Positions 1 through 10,830 of a DNA stretch of 64,000 bases are shown here, one piece after another; the stretch's first letter is position 1, and each line of letters begins with the position of its first letter. The stretch lies in contig OZ025741.1 in assembly GCA_964019335.1 (NCBI GenBank), forward strand, positions 322,391-386,390, given 5' to 3'. The notes under the pieces are model-generated. The model did not search any database. It saw only the letters and a program-made list of their open reading frames with translations, and had not been told where the DNA came from. Origin of the DNA: Diplonema japonicum. Its lineage: Eukaryota; Protista; Euglenozoa: Diplonemea. A program made the translations under genes and the position numbers.

Positions 1-3000
1 TCCTTCGACAGCCGCTCGTCTTTAATCGGGATACGGTAGTTGAGCAGAGCCCACTCATGCCACACTTGGTATCCATTCGGGTCGTATGTGATGGCCTCTT
101 TCAGGTTGCTCAGCACACCGTCGCGGTGCTGGGCCTGCCAGAACCCGTCCTGCAGATGCTGTTGCCACATGGACATATTAAGGAGGATCTTTGCCTTGAT
201 GTCGTCTGTTGGTTCCGGGTAGGCTTCCTTGGGCGCGGCACGGGGGTCCATGGTACCCCGGGATGTGATTCCCAAGCGCTGTGCGTAGGTCGAAAGCTGC
301 AGAAGGAGTTCGTTCCCTTGCTTCTTGTCCGTCCTGTTCATAACCCACAACTGCTTCAGGTATTCGACTACGACACGGGGGTCTGCACCATGGTCATCTA
401 TGGCCGCAGCAGCAGGGATGGGTGTTGCCTGCCCCCTGCCCATCAGCTGTAACAGAACCTGCTGTGCCTTCGTCATCTTTCCAGACCACCTGCATGTTTC
501 AACGAAGTCCAGCCAGGAGTTCAAGTTCTGCGTAGGGGTGAGCACCAATGCCCTGATAGCAAGCGTGCCTTGCAAATACTTGGGGTCCTTGCTCATCTTT
601 GTGACACGGTGCGTCCACATGGATCGGAAGGTCTCCTTAGAATCCTCTTCCGCATCGACGTACTGCTGCACCTCCTCCAGCTCGGACAGTTGTTGCAAGC
701 ACACGACCAACTCGTAAGCTCTGCTGTAGCTCTCTGCGATCTGTGTGCTGAGGTCTTTGTCCATCAGCTCCCTGCACTGCGCGATGCTCCTCCGAGACGC
801 GTCGAAGTCTTTTTTGTGAAAGGCGAGCACTGCGCTGTAAAAGTACTTCGTGGTCGACACATAGTCGAAGCCAGGCGCCCTCTCGTCAGGCATATACTCG
901 ACGGCCTCTTCCATGACGTCCCATTTTGACATGAGCCACGCGGCGTGGCCGAGCATAGGCGACACGCGCTTCTTCACATCAAGACTTGCGCTTTTCCAGT
1001 AAGTAGACGTCAGGGACAGCAAACGGGGCCAGTCGCCCAGCTGGTCAAGACACTTGAATATCCCGATCACGTTGTCGTATTTAGTTACCGACGTTTCCAG
1101 CTCATCTTCCTCGTAGCACTGCAGTGCCTTCTCCCACCACCCTAGGTTCTCGTACATGTCTGCGGTGAGACACCCACCTTGGTCAAGGTTGTGCTTTTGG
1201 ATGTACTTCAAAAGTCCCTCCGACGACTCGGGTAGCTCTAGGCAATTGTTGATGTGGACAAGCGACCTGCACGCATCAAGACACGCCCGCCTGTCGCTGA
1301 TAGGCCACGCTCCTGAGCTGCTAAATTTTTTCATCGATGCCTCGATTTGCCGCACGCTTGTCTCGTGGTAGTGTAGCGCCTTCGCGTACAGCTGGCATCT
1401 CTCTGCTAATGCCGCAAGCTGCTCGGGCGGTGAGAAGGACGCCATGATGTTCCCTTTGGATGCCTCCCGCTGGTCGCCCCCGCGGTCACACCTCTCCATG
1501 AACTCCGCCAAGTTCAACAGTGGCTGCAGTACTTCAGCAGGCAGGTTCACTGCCTGCAGTGCCCTCTTCACCGAGTCAAGCATTTCGACACGGTGCTTCT
1601 CGATCAGATCGAAGTAGCACGACACGAAAGCTACGTTGAAGAGCTCGTAGTTGAGTTGAGGGTACTGCCTACTGATGTCGAAGGCAGAGCGGAGAGATGA
1701 AGAAGGTGATTCCTGCATCAGCTTCTGGCCAAACTGCGAAAGCCATGACACGTAGTCCCTGGCAGCCGACGCACCGGAAACTTGCCATGCCCTCTTCAGT
1801 GTCGTGGGGTTTACGGTAGGTTTGTTCCTCTGCTCAATGCCGTCCTGTGCAGAGTTCGGTGCTGTAGCACAGGCACGTTCGGGTGCGATGGAGATGGTAG
1901 AGGTGGTTGTTTGCTTGATTTTCTGAAGCGATGATGAGAGCTGCGCAAGATGGTCTTTCGGGTTGAAGGAGTAGCTGCCCATGGTGAAGGGCTCGGTTGA
2001 CTCCAGCACGCGTTTGATCATGGGCATGAATATCTCGAAGTTTTCCCTGATGTTCAATAGCAGTGCCTCCAACGTGCCGATCGTCTCGGTATGGATGGGA
2101 GGGTGCTGCGTTGCGCCGCCCGGACGTGGCGAGGCCTCGCAAGGGATGGGCTCCATGATGACCTTTGCGAGAGCGTGCACTATGCTTGCAGCGTGTGTTC
2201 GTAAGTTCAGACGCTGCTGGCATAGGGATTTCAGAGTCCTGATGGCACGTATCTTCAGCGCGGTGGGCTGGTCCTCGTTGCTAAAGGCGCCTACAAGGCA
2301 TGGGACTGCAAGGTGGAGGTATCTCTCAAGGAGGTCACCAAAGCACTCGAGGGCGCCCATAACTCGTGTGGATAACACCCTTTCGGGCGTTGGGTCGTCA
2401 CGCACGACCTGTATCATCAACGGCACCAACCACGTGAGGTATGGAATGAACTCCTCATTCAGCGCCTTCCTTAGCTCCTCGCACAAGTTGATGATCATCA
2501 GAAGCACGTTCGTTTCGTTGATGTCCCAGAAGCTCTGGATCACGGCCACGATGGACCCCTGGTACTTCCTGATGTGTTGTTTCACAACGCCCACCACGAA
2601 GCCGATGGCACGGAACATGAACTCCGCGAAGTGCTTGTCCTTTATCTTGTTCCCCTTCCCTGACGAATCGGTGCTCAGGTTCTCGTGAAGCAGCTTCAGG
2701 AAGGCGGGGAGGATGCGAGGGAGAAAAACAACAGGCTTCTCGGTTTTCAAGGTTTTGAGGAGGTGCTGGAGTGCCTGGACTGCCGCACGGTGGTGCGACG
2801 CTTGTGACGGAGAGTCGAGCACCGCCAGCAGCGAGTTGACTACTGCATGCGTGTCGTAGTTGACATCGGAGATGGGTACAGACGTGGTGCCTGGCCCGCC
2901 TGCTGCCTTACTGTCGCTATCGTGCTGCCTCATCTGCGCCACGGTGTGCGGGTCAAGTGCGCCAGCAATACCGAAGGTTTTCATGATCTCCAGCCTCGTG

Positions 3001-5495
3001 CCCAGAGGTTCCTTCGAAGCGCCCTGCAGCGAGTCCACCAAGAAGTCCAGTAGCTTGGGGTACTCATTGAAAATGTCGATAAATCCAGTCGACTGCATGA
3101 CCTTTCCAAGGGATACGACCGCCTGCTTCACGCTCATCGCCGTCGGTTTGTCCTTCAGCGTGCTCACAATGCACGGCACGATCTTGTGAACGAACGGCCT
3201 CACATCCTTCCCTGCAACAGTGGCAAGCTCACCAAGCGTGAACAGAAGCGTGCCGTGCGCACGGTGGTTGTCATCCTGCAGCTTATCAAAGATAGCCTTC
3301 AGCAGTGACTGCACATACGGCTCAATAAGCTGTGGGGAGGCTTTAATGAGCTTCCCAAGCATGGCGGCCGAGAGGTCTTGCCGCTGGGTGTCCATAGTAC
3401 AGGTGAGCTCCGTGAGAAGCTGGAGAAGAACCTTGCGGAGTGCTGGCAAGGCACAGGCAGGGTTCAGGCCCGAGAGCCTCCCAATAATGCAGATACCCAG
3501 TTCGCAGACTTGCTGCGCTTCGTCATTGATGGCAAGCACCAGGCATCTCATGCACTCGGGTGTTGCGATGAAGGCGTCGAAGTGGCTCGATTCACTGAAG
3601 ACCTTCATGACGGTGATGCGATTCTCCGTTTCGACGTCGCTGACTGCAAGCGAGATGACAGAGCGCAAAACAAGAAGCACCTGTGCCTTGTGGCTGTGGG
3701 AGTTCGGGCATGTGATCCCGTGGCTCATCGAAACCCTTTCGTCGCCGTTTTTGAGCAGTTGTGTGTAGTATTGCGTGGAGACGAAGAGTAGCTTGCAGCA
3801 CGTTAGCGCAGCCTGCTTCCTGACGGCCGTGCTTGCGTGGTTCATGAATGGCGCGCAGCACCTCGCGCTGTACAAAGTCAAGTCATGTCCCGTGAGGTCG
3901 AAGTTTTCCAACGCACGCAGAACTTGCAGTTTCACTTCGCTGTCCCCCTTCAAGGAAATGTGTTCGCTGTCACCGTGGTTCCCATACGGGTCATACGGCC
4001 GCCCGATGAGCGCGCACGAGGCTCGCGACAGTACCCTCTCCTGGAATGACGCCAGCAGCAGCGGAATTGCTTCGCACAGCTCGTTGAAGTTCTTCACGAG
4101 CAGGTCGTCAAGCGGGAGATTGAACAACCCGTCCTGCATGTCCTTGTCAAGAATCTTCTTGCGCACCTCTACTTTCTCCGGGAAGGCTTTCGCAATACTC
4201 TTCAAGCACGCCACCGCCTCCGTGCTGTCAATGGACTCCATCGTGTGAACAGGCGACAGCAGCTGCGACCGCTTGGCCTCCCTGTCGCTGACTCGTGTGA
4301 ACCATGACCCATTCATCGGTGTGGAAGGAGTGGCGGGGATGTTGGCCGCCTTGGGTGTGATGATTGGTGTTATCATCGAGAGCAGCATTGTGATGTACGT
4401 CTCCATCTTGCGAAGGGGCTGCTTGCTAGGATCTTTCGCCGTTGATTCGATTATCTTGCCGATTGAAGTGAAGGCGCCTTTCTCCCCTTGACGGACCTGG
4501 TCGAGGAGGAGCTGCATGGCCGAGGGGAGGTACGGCAGAAAGCATGCAGGGTCGTACTCAGCGAGGACGGGGAGCAACGTGACCACTTCGTTTCGAACCG
4601 CCGGAGACGAGGCCGCTGCCTTGAGCTTCACAACTGTTGCGCAGACGACCGGGAAGCCCTGATCGAGGACTTGACCGTTGCTATGGAGGAAGAGCTCATT
4701 AAGGGCCAGGAGGGAACCGTGGCACAGGGCCTCCTGACAGTGGACGGTCTCCATACAGCTTTGGTAGAGCCTTTCCATGGATTTGGTTCGGAACTCCCGT
4801 TCGCCTACTGTGGAGTCGCGCTGTATGATACCGATGACATAGGCGCGGAGGGCAGTGGCGGCAACACGGCGCACTTCGATATCCTCGTCACGGAGACCCG
4901 ACCAGATGGAGGTGAAGACGGAATTGTACTTCTTGAGGAGTAGATGCGGGACGGCTTGCACAAGCTCGCGGAGGATAAGCGAGCCGACGTACTTTCTGTG
5001 CTTGGACTGGATGTCGTCGTTGAGCCACTCGAAGCAGCGCTTGGCCTCCGCCTCCACAATGTCGTGTGTGAGGGCTGTCTCGATGCGAACGATCTTGCCC
5101 AGGGTGCCAGCGGCAATCTCGGCTTGTTCCTTGATGTCGGTATTTAGAGCTTTGTATATGTAGTTTGCAAACTGTGTGATCTTCAAGTTGGGGTCCATGA
5201 ACTCCACGTCGATCAGGACAGCGACGCACTTCGTCCCCGCAATCCTGTTCGCGTCTAGCTGTAAAGAGCTCCGCTTCTCCCTCGCCGTGTTCCCCTTGAA
5301 CATCTCCTGCAGCTTCGAGTTCAGTATCTTTTGAAATGGTACGAGTCTCTCCTGCGGCAGCTCCGCTGCTTGCGCGCTTACGTACTGCTCGAGCTCCTCG
5401 GTCCCCGCTTTCGACACCATCGGCTCCCTGTTCTTCACATTCCCTATGATCCTGTCTAGATCCGTGCTTGTCCTGCCCTCTCCCAACAGAGCCAT
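1..5495 (-). CDS. TOR: Target of rapamycin kinase, N-terminal HEAT repeats and start of FAT domain; runs off the left edge (FRB and kinase domains outside the window)
   Basis: Missing from the ORF track, presumably because there is no stop inside the window. Partial manual translation from ATG 5495 (MALLGEGRTST...) shows TOR motifs: EAKRCFEWL..KYVGSLILRELVQ, ALRKVLLQLLTEL, QKLMQESPSSSLRSAF..QLNYELFNVAFVSC, LQPLLNLAEFME, LAERCQLYAKALHYHE. Confidence 0.92.
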   Translation of the reverse strand, partial: MALLGEGRTSTDLDRIIGNVKNREPMVSKAGTEELEQYVSAQAAELPQERLVPFQKILNSKLQEMFKGNTAREKRSSLQLDANRIAGTKCVAVLIDVEFMDPNLKITQFANYIYKALNTDIKEQAEIAAGTLGKIVRIETALTHDIVEAEAKRCFEWLNDDIQSKHRKYVGSLILRELVQAVPHLLLKKYNSVFTSIWSGLRDEDIEVRRVAATALRAYVIGIIQRDSTVGEREFRTKSMERLYQSCMETVHCQEALCHGSLLALNELFLHSNGQVLDQGFPVVCATVVKLKAAASSPAVRNEVVTLLPVLAEYDPACFLPYLPSAMQLLLDQVRQGEKGAFTSIGKIIESTAKDPSKQPLRKMETYITMLLSMITPIITPKAANIPATPSTPMNGSWFTRVSDREAKRSQLLSPVHTMESIDSTEAVACLKSIAKAFPEKVEVRKKILDKDMQDGLFNLPLDDLLVKNFNELCEAIPLLLASFQERVLSRASCALIGRPYDPYGNHGDSEHISLKGDSEVKLQVLRALENFDLTGHDLTLYSARCCAPFMNHASTAVRKQAALTCCKLLFVSTQYYTQLLKNGDERVSMSHGITCPNSHSHKAQVLLVLRSVISLAVSDVETENRITVMKVFSESSHFDAFIATPECMRCLVLAINDEAQQVCELGICIIGRLSGLNPACALPALRKVLLQLLTELTCTMDTQRQDLSAAMLGKLIKASPQLIEPYVQSLLKAIFDKLQDDNHRAHGTLLFTLGELATVAGKDVRPFVHKIVPCIVSTLKDKPTAMSVKQAVVSLGKVMQSTGFIDIFNEYPKLLDFLVDSLQGASKEPLGTRLEIMKTFGIAGALDPHTVAQMRQHDSDSKAAGGPGTTSVPISDVNYDTHAVVNSLLAVLDSPSQASHHRAAVQALQHLLKTLKTEKPVVFLPRILPAFLKLLHENLSTDSSGKGNKIKDKHFAEFMFRAIGFVVGVVKQHIRKYQGSIVAVIQSFWDINETNVLLMIINLCEELRKALNEEFIPYLTWLVPLMIQVVRDDPTPERVLSTRVMGALECFGDLLERYLHLAVPCLVGAFSNEDQPTALKIRAIRTLKSLCQQRLNLRTHAASIVHALAKVIMEPIPCEASPRPGGATQHPPIHTETIGTLEALLLNIRENFEIFMPMIKRVLESTEPFTMGSYSFNPKDHLAQLSSSLQKIKQTTTSTISIAPERACATAPNSAQDGIEQRNKPTVNPTTLKRAWQVSGASAARDYVSWLSQFGQKLMQESPSSSLRSAFDISRQYPQLNYELFNVAFVSCYFDLIEKHRVEMLDSVKRALQAVNLPAEVLQPLLNLAEFMERCDRGGDQREASKGNIMASFSPPEQLAALAERCQLYAKALHYHETSVRQIEASMKKFSSSGAWPISDRRACLDACRSLVHINNCLELPESSEGLLKYIQKHNLDQGGCLTADMYENLGWWEKALQCYEEDELETSVTKYDNVIGIFKCLDQLGDWPRLLSLTSTYWKSASLDVKKRVSPMLGHAAWLMSKWDVMEEAVEYMPDERAPGFDYVSTTKYFYSAVLAFHKKDFDASRRSIAQCRELMDKDLSTQIAESYSRAYELVVCLQQLSELEEVQQYVDAEEDSKETFRSMWTHRVTKMSKDPKYLQGTLAIRALVLTPTQNLNSWLDFVETCRWSGKMTKAQQVLLQLMGRGQATPIPAAAAIDDHGADPRVVVEYLKQLWVMNRTDKKQGNELLLQLSTYAQRLGITSRGTMDPRAAPKEAYPEPTDDIKAKILLNMSMWQQHLQDGFWQAQHRDGVLSNLKEAITYDPNGYQVWHEWALLNYRIPIKDERLSK

Positions 5496-5682
5496 TCTGA
5501 CGGCCCACCCCCTTTTTTTTCGAATGAAATAATGTTTGGTTTTTTTAATTAAAAAAAACTAGATATAAATAAACAGGGGAACAAGACATAAAAAAGGAGG
5601 AAAAAAAAGAAACCATCTACACGTGAGTCAGGTGGGGGGGGGGGGGTCATAATCTAAAATATAATCTCACATTTTGTATGTT

Positions 5683-8600
5683 CTATGTAAAGGGGTTCAT
5701 CTTGCTCTCAAGACGGCGCTGGTAGTCGTGTTCCAGGTCACGCTGCTTTTTGGAAAGCATGGAGGGCGACGCCCCGTAGCTGAAGGAGGTTGGGCCAAGA
5801 TTGCTCACGGAAGGTGGGGCCTGAAAGGATTGGGATTGAAGGAGTTGGTGTTTTCGAGAGAGCGCCACCTCGCGCTCCTCACGGAGGGACCAGTCGCGAG
5901 AGAGGACGGCGTCCCGCGTGTGGGCCCAGTCCTCCCTGTCCTGCCACATCTGCTTGGATTTTTCAAACTGGGCTTGTTTGGAGCTGTGAACTGTGGGGGT
6001 GAACTTCTGCGCGCTCTTCTTCGGCAACGCTTTCAACTGCTCGTGCACCCCCAATAGCTCCTTGACCTTTCGAAGCCTCTCTTCTCCGGCTTCTAAATCT
6101 TCTACAACATCATCCTTAAACTTCATCACACCCTTATCATAACTCCCCAATACGGTCAAGCTCTTCGCATCGATCTCAATCCCCTTAGGCGACGCCGTGC
6201 AGCGTTCTACACTAAGGACTGAGAAAGGCGGGAGGATAACCTCGTCTTCCTCTATATACTGCCCGGCAGAACCGATGTAAATACCTTCATTGACCCCGGA
6301 AATGTTGAAGTTCAAGGTGCCTTTCGGGTCTGGTGCTTTGCGGGTGCTTTGTGAGCACGACATGGGGACGGAAACCCCGAGAACATGGCCTGGGATGAGC
6401 TGTCTGTAGTGGTCAACAACGTCCCACGGTTGGCCTCCGACGGTGGATTGTAAGGGAGCGCCGTATTGTCCGATAGGGAGGGGCTCGGAGAGGGCCATCA
6501 TCAGCCCGATCGTCTTGCACCATGGCATGAGGTCCGCAACGTTGTGCGTGCTAAGGAGGTTGGTTATTGTTGTGTATACGTCAACGTTGCGCTTGCCCTC
6601 GAAGGTGCGTTGGTACGCGACCTTGTTCATGTCCGACTCCATCGGGACCGGTGCGTCCTTCCACGTCAGCAACCTGTCCGTGTCCTCTCCGGTCTGCGAC
6701 AACAACCGCAGGACTAGCATGGACAGCCACCCTTTCCCCGCGTGTTTCTTTGAAGCCTTTTCCACCAGCGCCTCGCATATACTCAACAGCAACACGTAGT
6801 TCGATGTTGGTGCATCTGTTTATTTTTTCTTCCCCCCTCTTTTTTTTATTTTGATTCCCGTATACTTTGACTAGCTGGGAACACCAGGTTGGTGATCAGC
6901 TCGTCGAGAATGTCTCCCGGCTTGCTGTGCCACATCTTTATAAACTCCGAACAGAGCCGGGTCAGCTTCTCAGGTGTTATACAGAAAGGTTGTCCTGTCA
7001 GTTTTTCTTCCTCCCCCCTAATCACCGATTTTCACATACGAACTGCCCATTTCATGGGGTGGGTGCCATATGATACCAGCTGCTGTAGGACCTTTTGGAA
7101 CTGCGCGTTTTGAGTCAAAGCAAGTGGCGTTACTGGAGGGACGGCAAAGCTGTCTTTGGTTTCCTCTTGCAGGTCTAATTCGACGGCGCGTTTGTAAACA
7201 TAGAGTTCAGAGAGGTCGCTGATGCGTTGATCCGACGCGGTTGAGCGGTCTTGGAAGAACTTCTCTCGCTTCTTGCGTTTGAGGTCCCATTCCTTGCGCT
7301 TCTCTGCAGTGTCGTGTGCTAGGTGTCGGGCGTGGGTTTTCTTCTCGTACTCTTCAATTCGTTCCTTTTCCCTTCTCTCTTCTTTGAGTTTCTTTGCCGC
7401 TTCGTGGATTCGACGGTCGTCGTTGAGCAGCTTCATACTCTCATTGTGTTTCTTGTCCTCCAGCCTCTTTCGGGTTTGTTCTGAGATCATGTCCAGTCTC
7501 TCTTTCCTGTCACGCTGTCGCTGTCCATCAGCGTGTTGCTTTTTCTTTGTGATCAAGTCCCTGACATAGTTCTGTTCTGCAAAGATGCGGTCGTCGTCCA
7601 ACTCGGCAGCGTGTCGTCTTTCGTGTTCCATCCTTCTTTCAACCTGTGCTTCATACGCCACTCTATAGATTTCAACCAGCATTCTCGAAGTCTTCACCCT
7701 TGCAAGGACCCCGCGTATGTTCTTTTGGATCATCACTGCCGATGTATAGTACAGGACGCGGTTTTTCTCTTCTTCTTCTCTTCTCAGCCGTTCTTTTTCT
7801 TCGCGGGCGTTTTTTTCACGCAGTTCGCGGGCTTCTTGTTCACGGGCTTCTCTTTCGCGGGCTTCTTGTTCCTGGGCTTCTTTTAGAAGCTTTTCTCGGC
7901 GAAGTTTTTCAGCGTTCTTTTTAACGAACTCCATGAATGTGTCGAACCTTCCCTTCCATCCTCGTCCGACCCTTTGCAGGCGAAGTGCGTAGGTGGAGAG
8001 CGCTTCCTCTCGTTTGATTTCAAGATCTTGAAAACAGTCCGATTTCATAAAAACTTTTGACATCCCGCACTGCGCCATGTCTGATTTGAACCCACAATGT
8101 GATAACACGTCTTGGCAGCCTTGCTTCCCAAGCTGGGCGGAGGGGGCCGCAACGCGATACCGCTTAAGGAAGGCATCAAATGGAACTCGGACAGGATACC
8201 CCGCCTTCCGGATCTTAACAGTACCAAGGACACCGCTTGAAGAAAGCTGGTTCATTACGGAGACGCCGTGGAAGGAAAGGGGTTTTTTGTTGGGGTGGGG
8301 CTTCACACAGCGGATCCAGTGCGGGTTTGTGCTGTTGATGAGACCGAGAAGGTCGGCCAGTTGTTGTTTGAAAACCATGGTGACGGTGGGTTTCTTACCG
8401 CCTGCCGTGGCGGGCTCCGGGATAAGCGTTTGGGTCAGCGGGCATTCCGATGCACGCATTAAAAGCTTCATCGAATCTTTCAATGGATCCATGTTCTTCT
8501 CACGAAAGCCCTCCACTTCGTACACAACATCGGAAGCGTAATGCTTGATGACAAATGAGGTTTGTGCCAAACGTTTCTTCAAGAAGAATGGGTGTGCTGC

Positions 8601-10196
8601 TTGTTGCGATTCGAGCTTTTGAAGGAACGCTTGGTCGGAGCCTTCACCCAATGCGCATTCTTCGTCCAGCAAAGCGAAGACGCCAAGCTTACCAGTGATG
8701 AGTTCCAGGCAAGGGGTGTTGTCTGGGCATTCTATCTTGCTCACGTCGATGCCCTCTGCCTCGCATTCCTGCATGTCCTTCTCGAAGATAAAAGTGTTGT
8801 AATGATTTTGTAATGTCTCGTTTGCAAGGTTGATGCAGACTTGTTCGAAGGAGTTGTACTCGAAGTCCTCGAATCCGAAAATGTCGAGCAAGCCTATCCA
8901 GTTCCCGCCGCTTCCTATATCGGTGGTGTCATTTATCTTCTTCACCAACCACGAGAACACACCATCGTAGGTTACTTTTGTAAGCGCGTCCCGCCCGTCG
9001 GTGGCCTGCGATTTCTTGAGAGTCGACGTGATGATTTCCCCCTTTAAATTTCTTGTAGTTGTGAGCAGTTCTTTCTTCAAAGCAACACCGTCGACTTTGA
9101 ACGCTTTGACAGCCAAGTTCAATGTAGAGTCGGACTTTTTATCAACATTCGATGCTTCTGTTCCGTCTGCCTCGAACAAGACATTTTGAAAGTGGAGCAT
9201 TCCGGATACAAGGCGCCATACTGCATCTTGTTCCTCGCGTGTGATGCCGACAGTGTCCATGGCTTCAAGGCACAGTGCGTAGTCCTCACAGTCGTCGACA
9301 CCGTCGATTACAATGCAGTTTCCGGCGGTGATTGTTTTGTAGTCTTTTGCAGGGCCGAGATTGTATGTTTTAGCGTCTTTTCCTTGAACAGCAAGGTAGA
9401 AGGCGTGGTAGATGCGTTCGTTAGGGGATGCGGTGATGATGCGTGATTTTTCTAGAAGGTACTTCGTGACGCCGTTTCCAACTAGATACCCTGCTGCGTC
9501 GAACTTCACTTTTGAAAATTTCCCGAATCTCGATGAATTGTCGTTTCGAACCGTCTTCGCGTTCCCGAACGCCTCCAGTATAGGCGACGCGTTGAAGATT
9601 TTGATCCCTATTTGTTGTGCGGCGTTCTTCTGATCCCCGGTGCCTTGTAGGCACGACACTGCGGAGAGGTATTTCATGACAATTTTCGCTGCTTCGGTTT
9701 TCCCTGCACCGGACTCCCCGCTGACAAGAATGCATTGGTTGCGCTGATCGTTCACCATCTCCCAGTACGTGTTGTTCGCAACGCCCCATGAGTGCGGGAG
9801 ATTCTTTTTAATCACATGGCCTTCTTTAAGGTACTCCGGCATCGCTGTATCCATGTAATGTGGGATTTTATAGTTGAACGGGTTGAGGGCAACAACGATG
9901 GCGCCGATGTTGGTGTACACTACGTCTTTAAGGTACCGAAGCTTGAGGCAGCGTAAGAGAGTCGCGTCGTGGAGCACGGTCAGCAGGAGGAGGTCGTTCA
10001 CGTCTTCCTCGAGAAGGTCCTCTCTCGCCACGGTGACGTTGTGCATAGGGAGCGCGTCGTGTCGCTTTCCGTCGTCGGTGCTCTTCACTGCTACCAGTCC
10101 TTTCGGTGTGATCTCCGTCACGTTCCCCACCGCCCAGCTTGTTACAGGATCCTTTGGGTCGTTGAAAAAACATAGTGCTCCTTCCTTCAACGCCAT
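5683..10196 (-). CDS. Myosin heavy chain (class XIII-like motor, 2 IQ, SAH/coiled coil) spliced to a C-terminal ART-like domain; exons 10196-7040, 6994-6866, 6815-5683 (~1472 aa)
   Basis: Motor motifs GESGAGKT, NDNSSRFGK, DIFGFE and HWIRCVKP; IQ motifs LQRVGRGWKGR and IQKNIRGVLAR. Introns 7039-6995 (GTATGT..CTGACAG) and 6865-6816 (GTATAC..AAACAG) are both phase 1 and join three open exons. ORF 5683-6795 begins at GTG, not ATG. Myosin call ~0.97, fusion ~0.8. Confidence 0.82.
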
Positions 10197-10335
10197 TTTG
10201 TGTGTTTTGTCGGGGTTGCGAGTTCCCCCCCCCTCCCGCTGGACAATAAGTTTAAGAAAAAAAACCCCCCCGGTAGCAGCAAATAAAAAAAAGGAAGAGA
10301 AAAAAAAGTACTCCCCACGCCCCCCCAGTGTAACG

Positions 10336-10755
10336 TTAGAGCTTTGTGAATGCGATGCTGTTCGCCGATTCGTTCAGCATGATGTCGTACGTGCCGAAGA
10401 CCCCTTCGCGGCCTATGGCGGGCCTCGTTGCGCTGCCTTTGTCTGCCCAGGCCACGGGGATGGTGGTGGACCCTGTTGTTCCCGGTTTGAGGTCCATCAG
10501 GCGTCGTGTGTAATTGACGGTGCCTGATGCCTCCGTGACGTACTGCCGGTGCGGCTCACCGGGTTTTTTTCTGTACCCCATCTCCTTCCCCGTTTCGTAA
10601 GGGAGGACGGACATCCAGCTCCCACTGTCGATCAAAAATCGTTTCTGCTGCCATGCTCCCCCCTGACCGTGGTGGTGGTGCTGATGATGCCTTCTCACCC
10701 CAACCATGGGCATCGGCTTCCACACAACAGCATGGGGGTCCCATTCTTTCGGCAT
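10336..10755 (-). CDS. Single-domain retropepsin-like aspartyl protease (~139 aa)
   Basis: Catalytic FLIDSGS and downstream AIGREGVF motif; ATG at 10755 (MPKEWD). Confidence 0.78.
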   Translation of the reverse strand: MPKEWDPHAVVWKPMPMVGVRRHHQHHHHGQGGAWQQKRFLIDSGSWMSVLPYETGKEMGYRKKPGEPHRQYVTEASGTVNYTRRLMDLKPGTTGSTTIPVAWADKGSATRPAIGREGVFGTYDIMLNESANSIAFTKL

Positions 10756-10830
10756 TTTCCCTTCCACCCCCACACCCCCCTTTTTGCAAATAGAGGGGAG
10801 AAAAAGAAAAAAAAGAAAAAAAAAAAATAG

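Noticed and set aside
40-5163. Numerous plus-strand ORFs over the first 5 kb
   Set aside because: They are antisense shadows of the minus-strand TOR frame
5683-6795. 370-aa ORF as an independent gene
   Set aside because: It starts at GTG and has an in-frame splice acceptor at 6816, so it is better explained as the last myosin exon. An internal ATG start is not fully excluded
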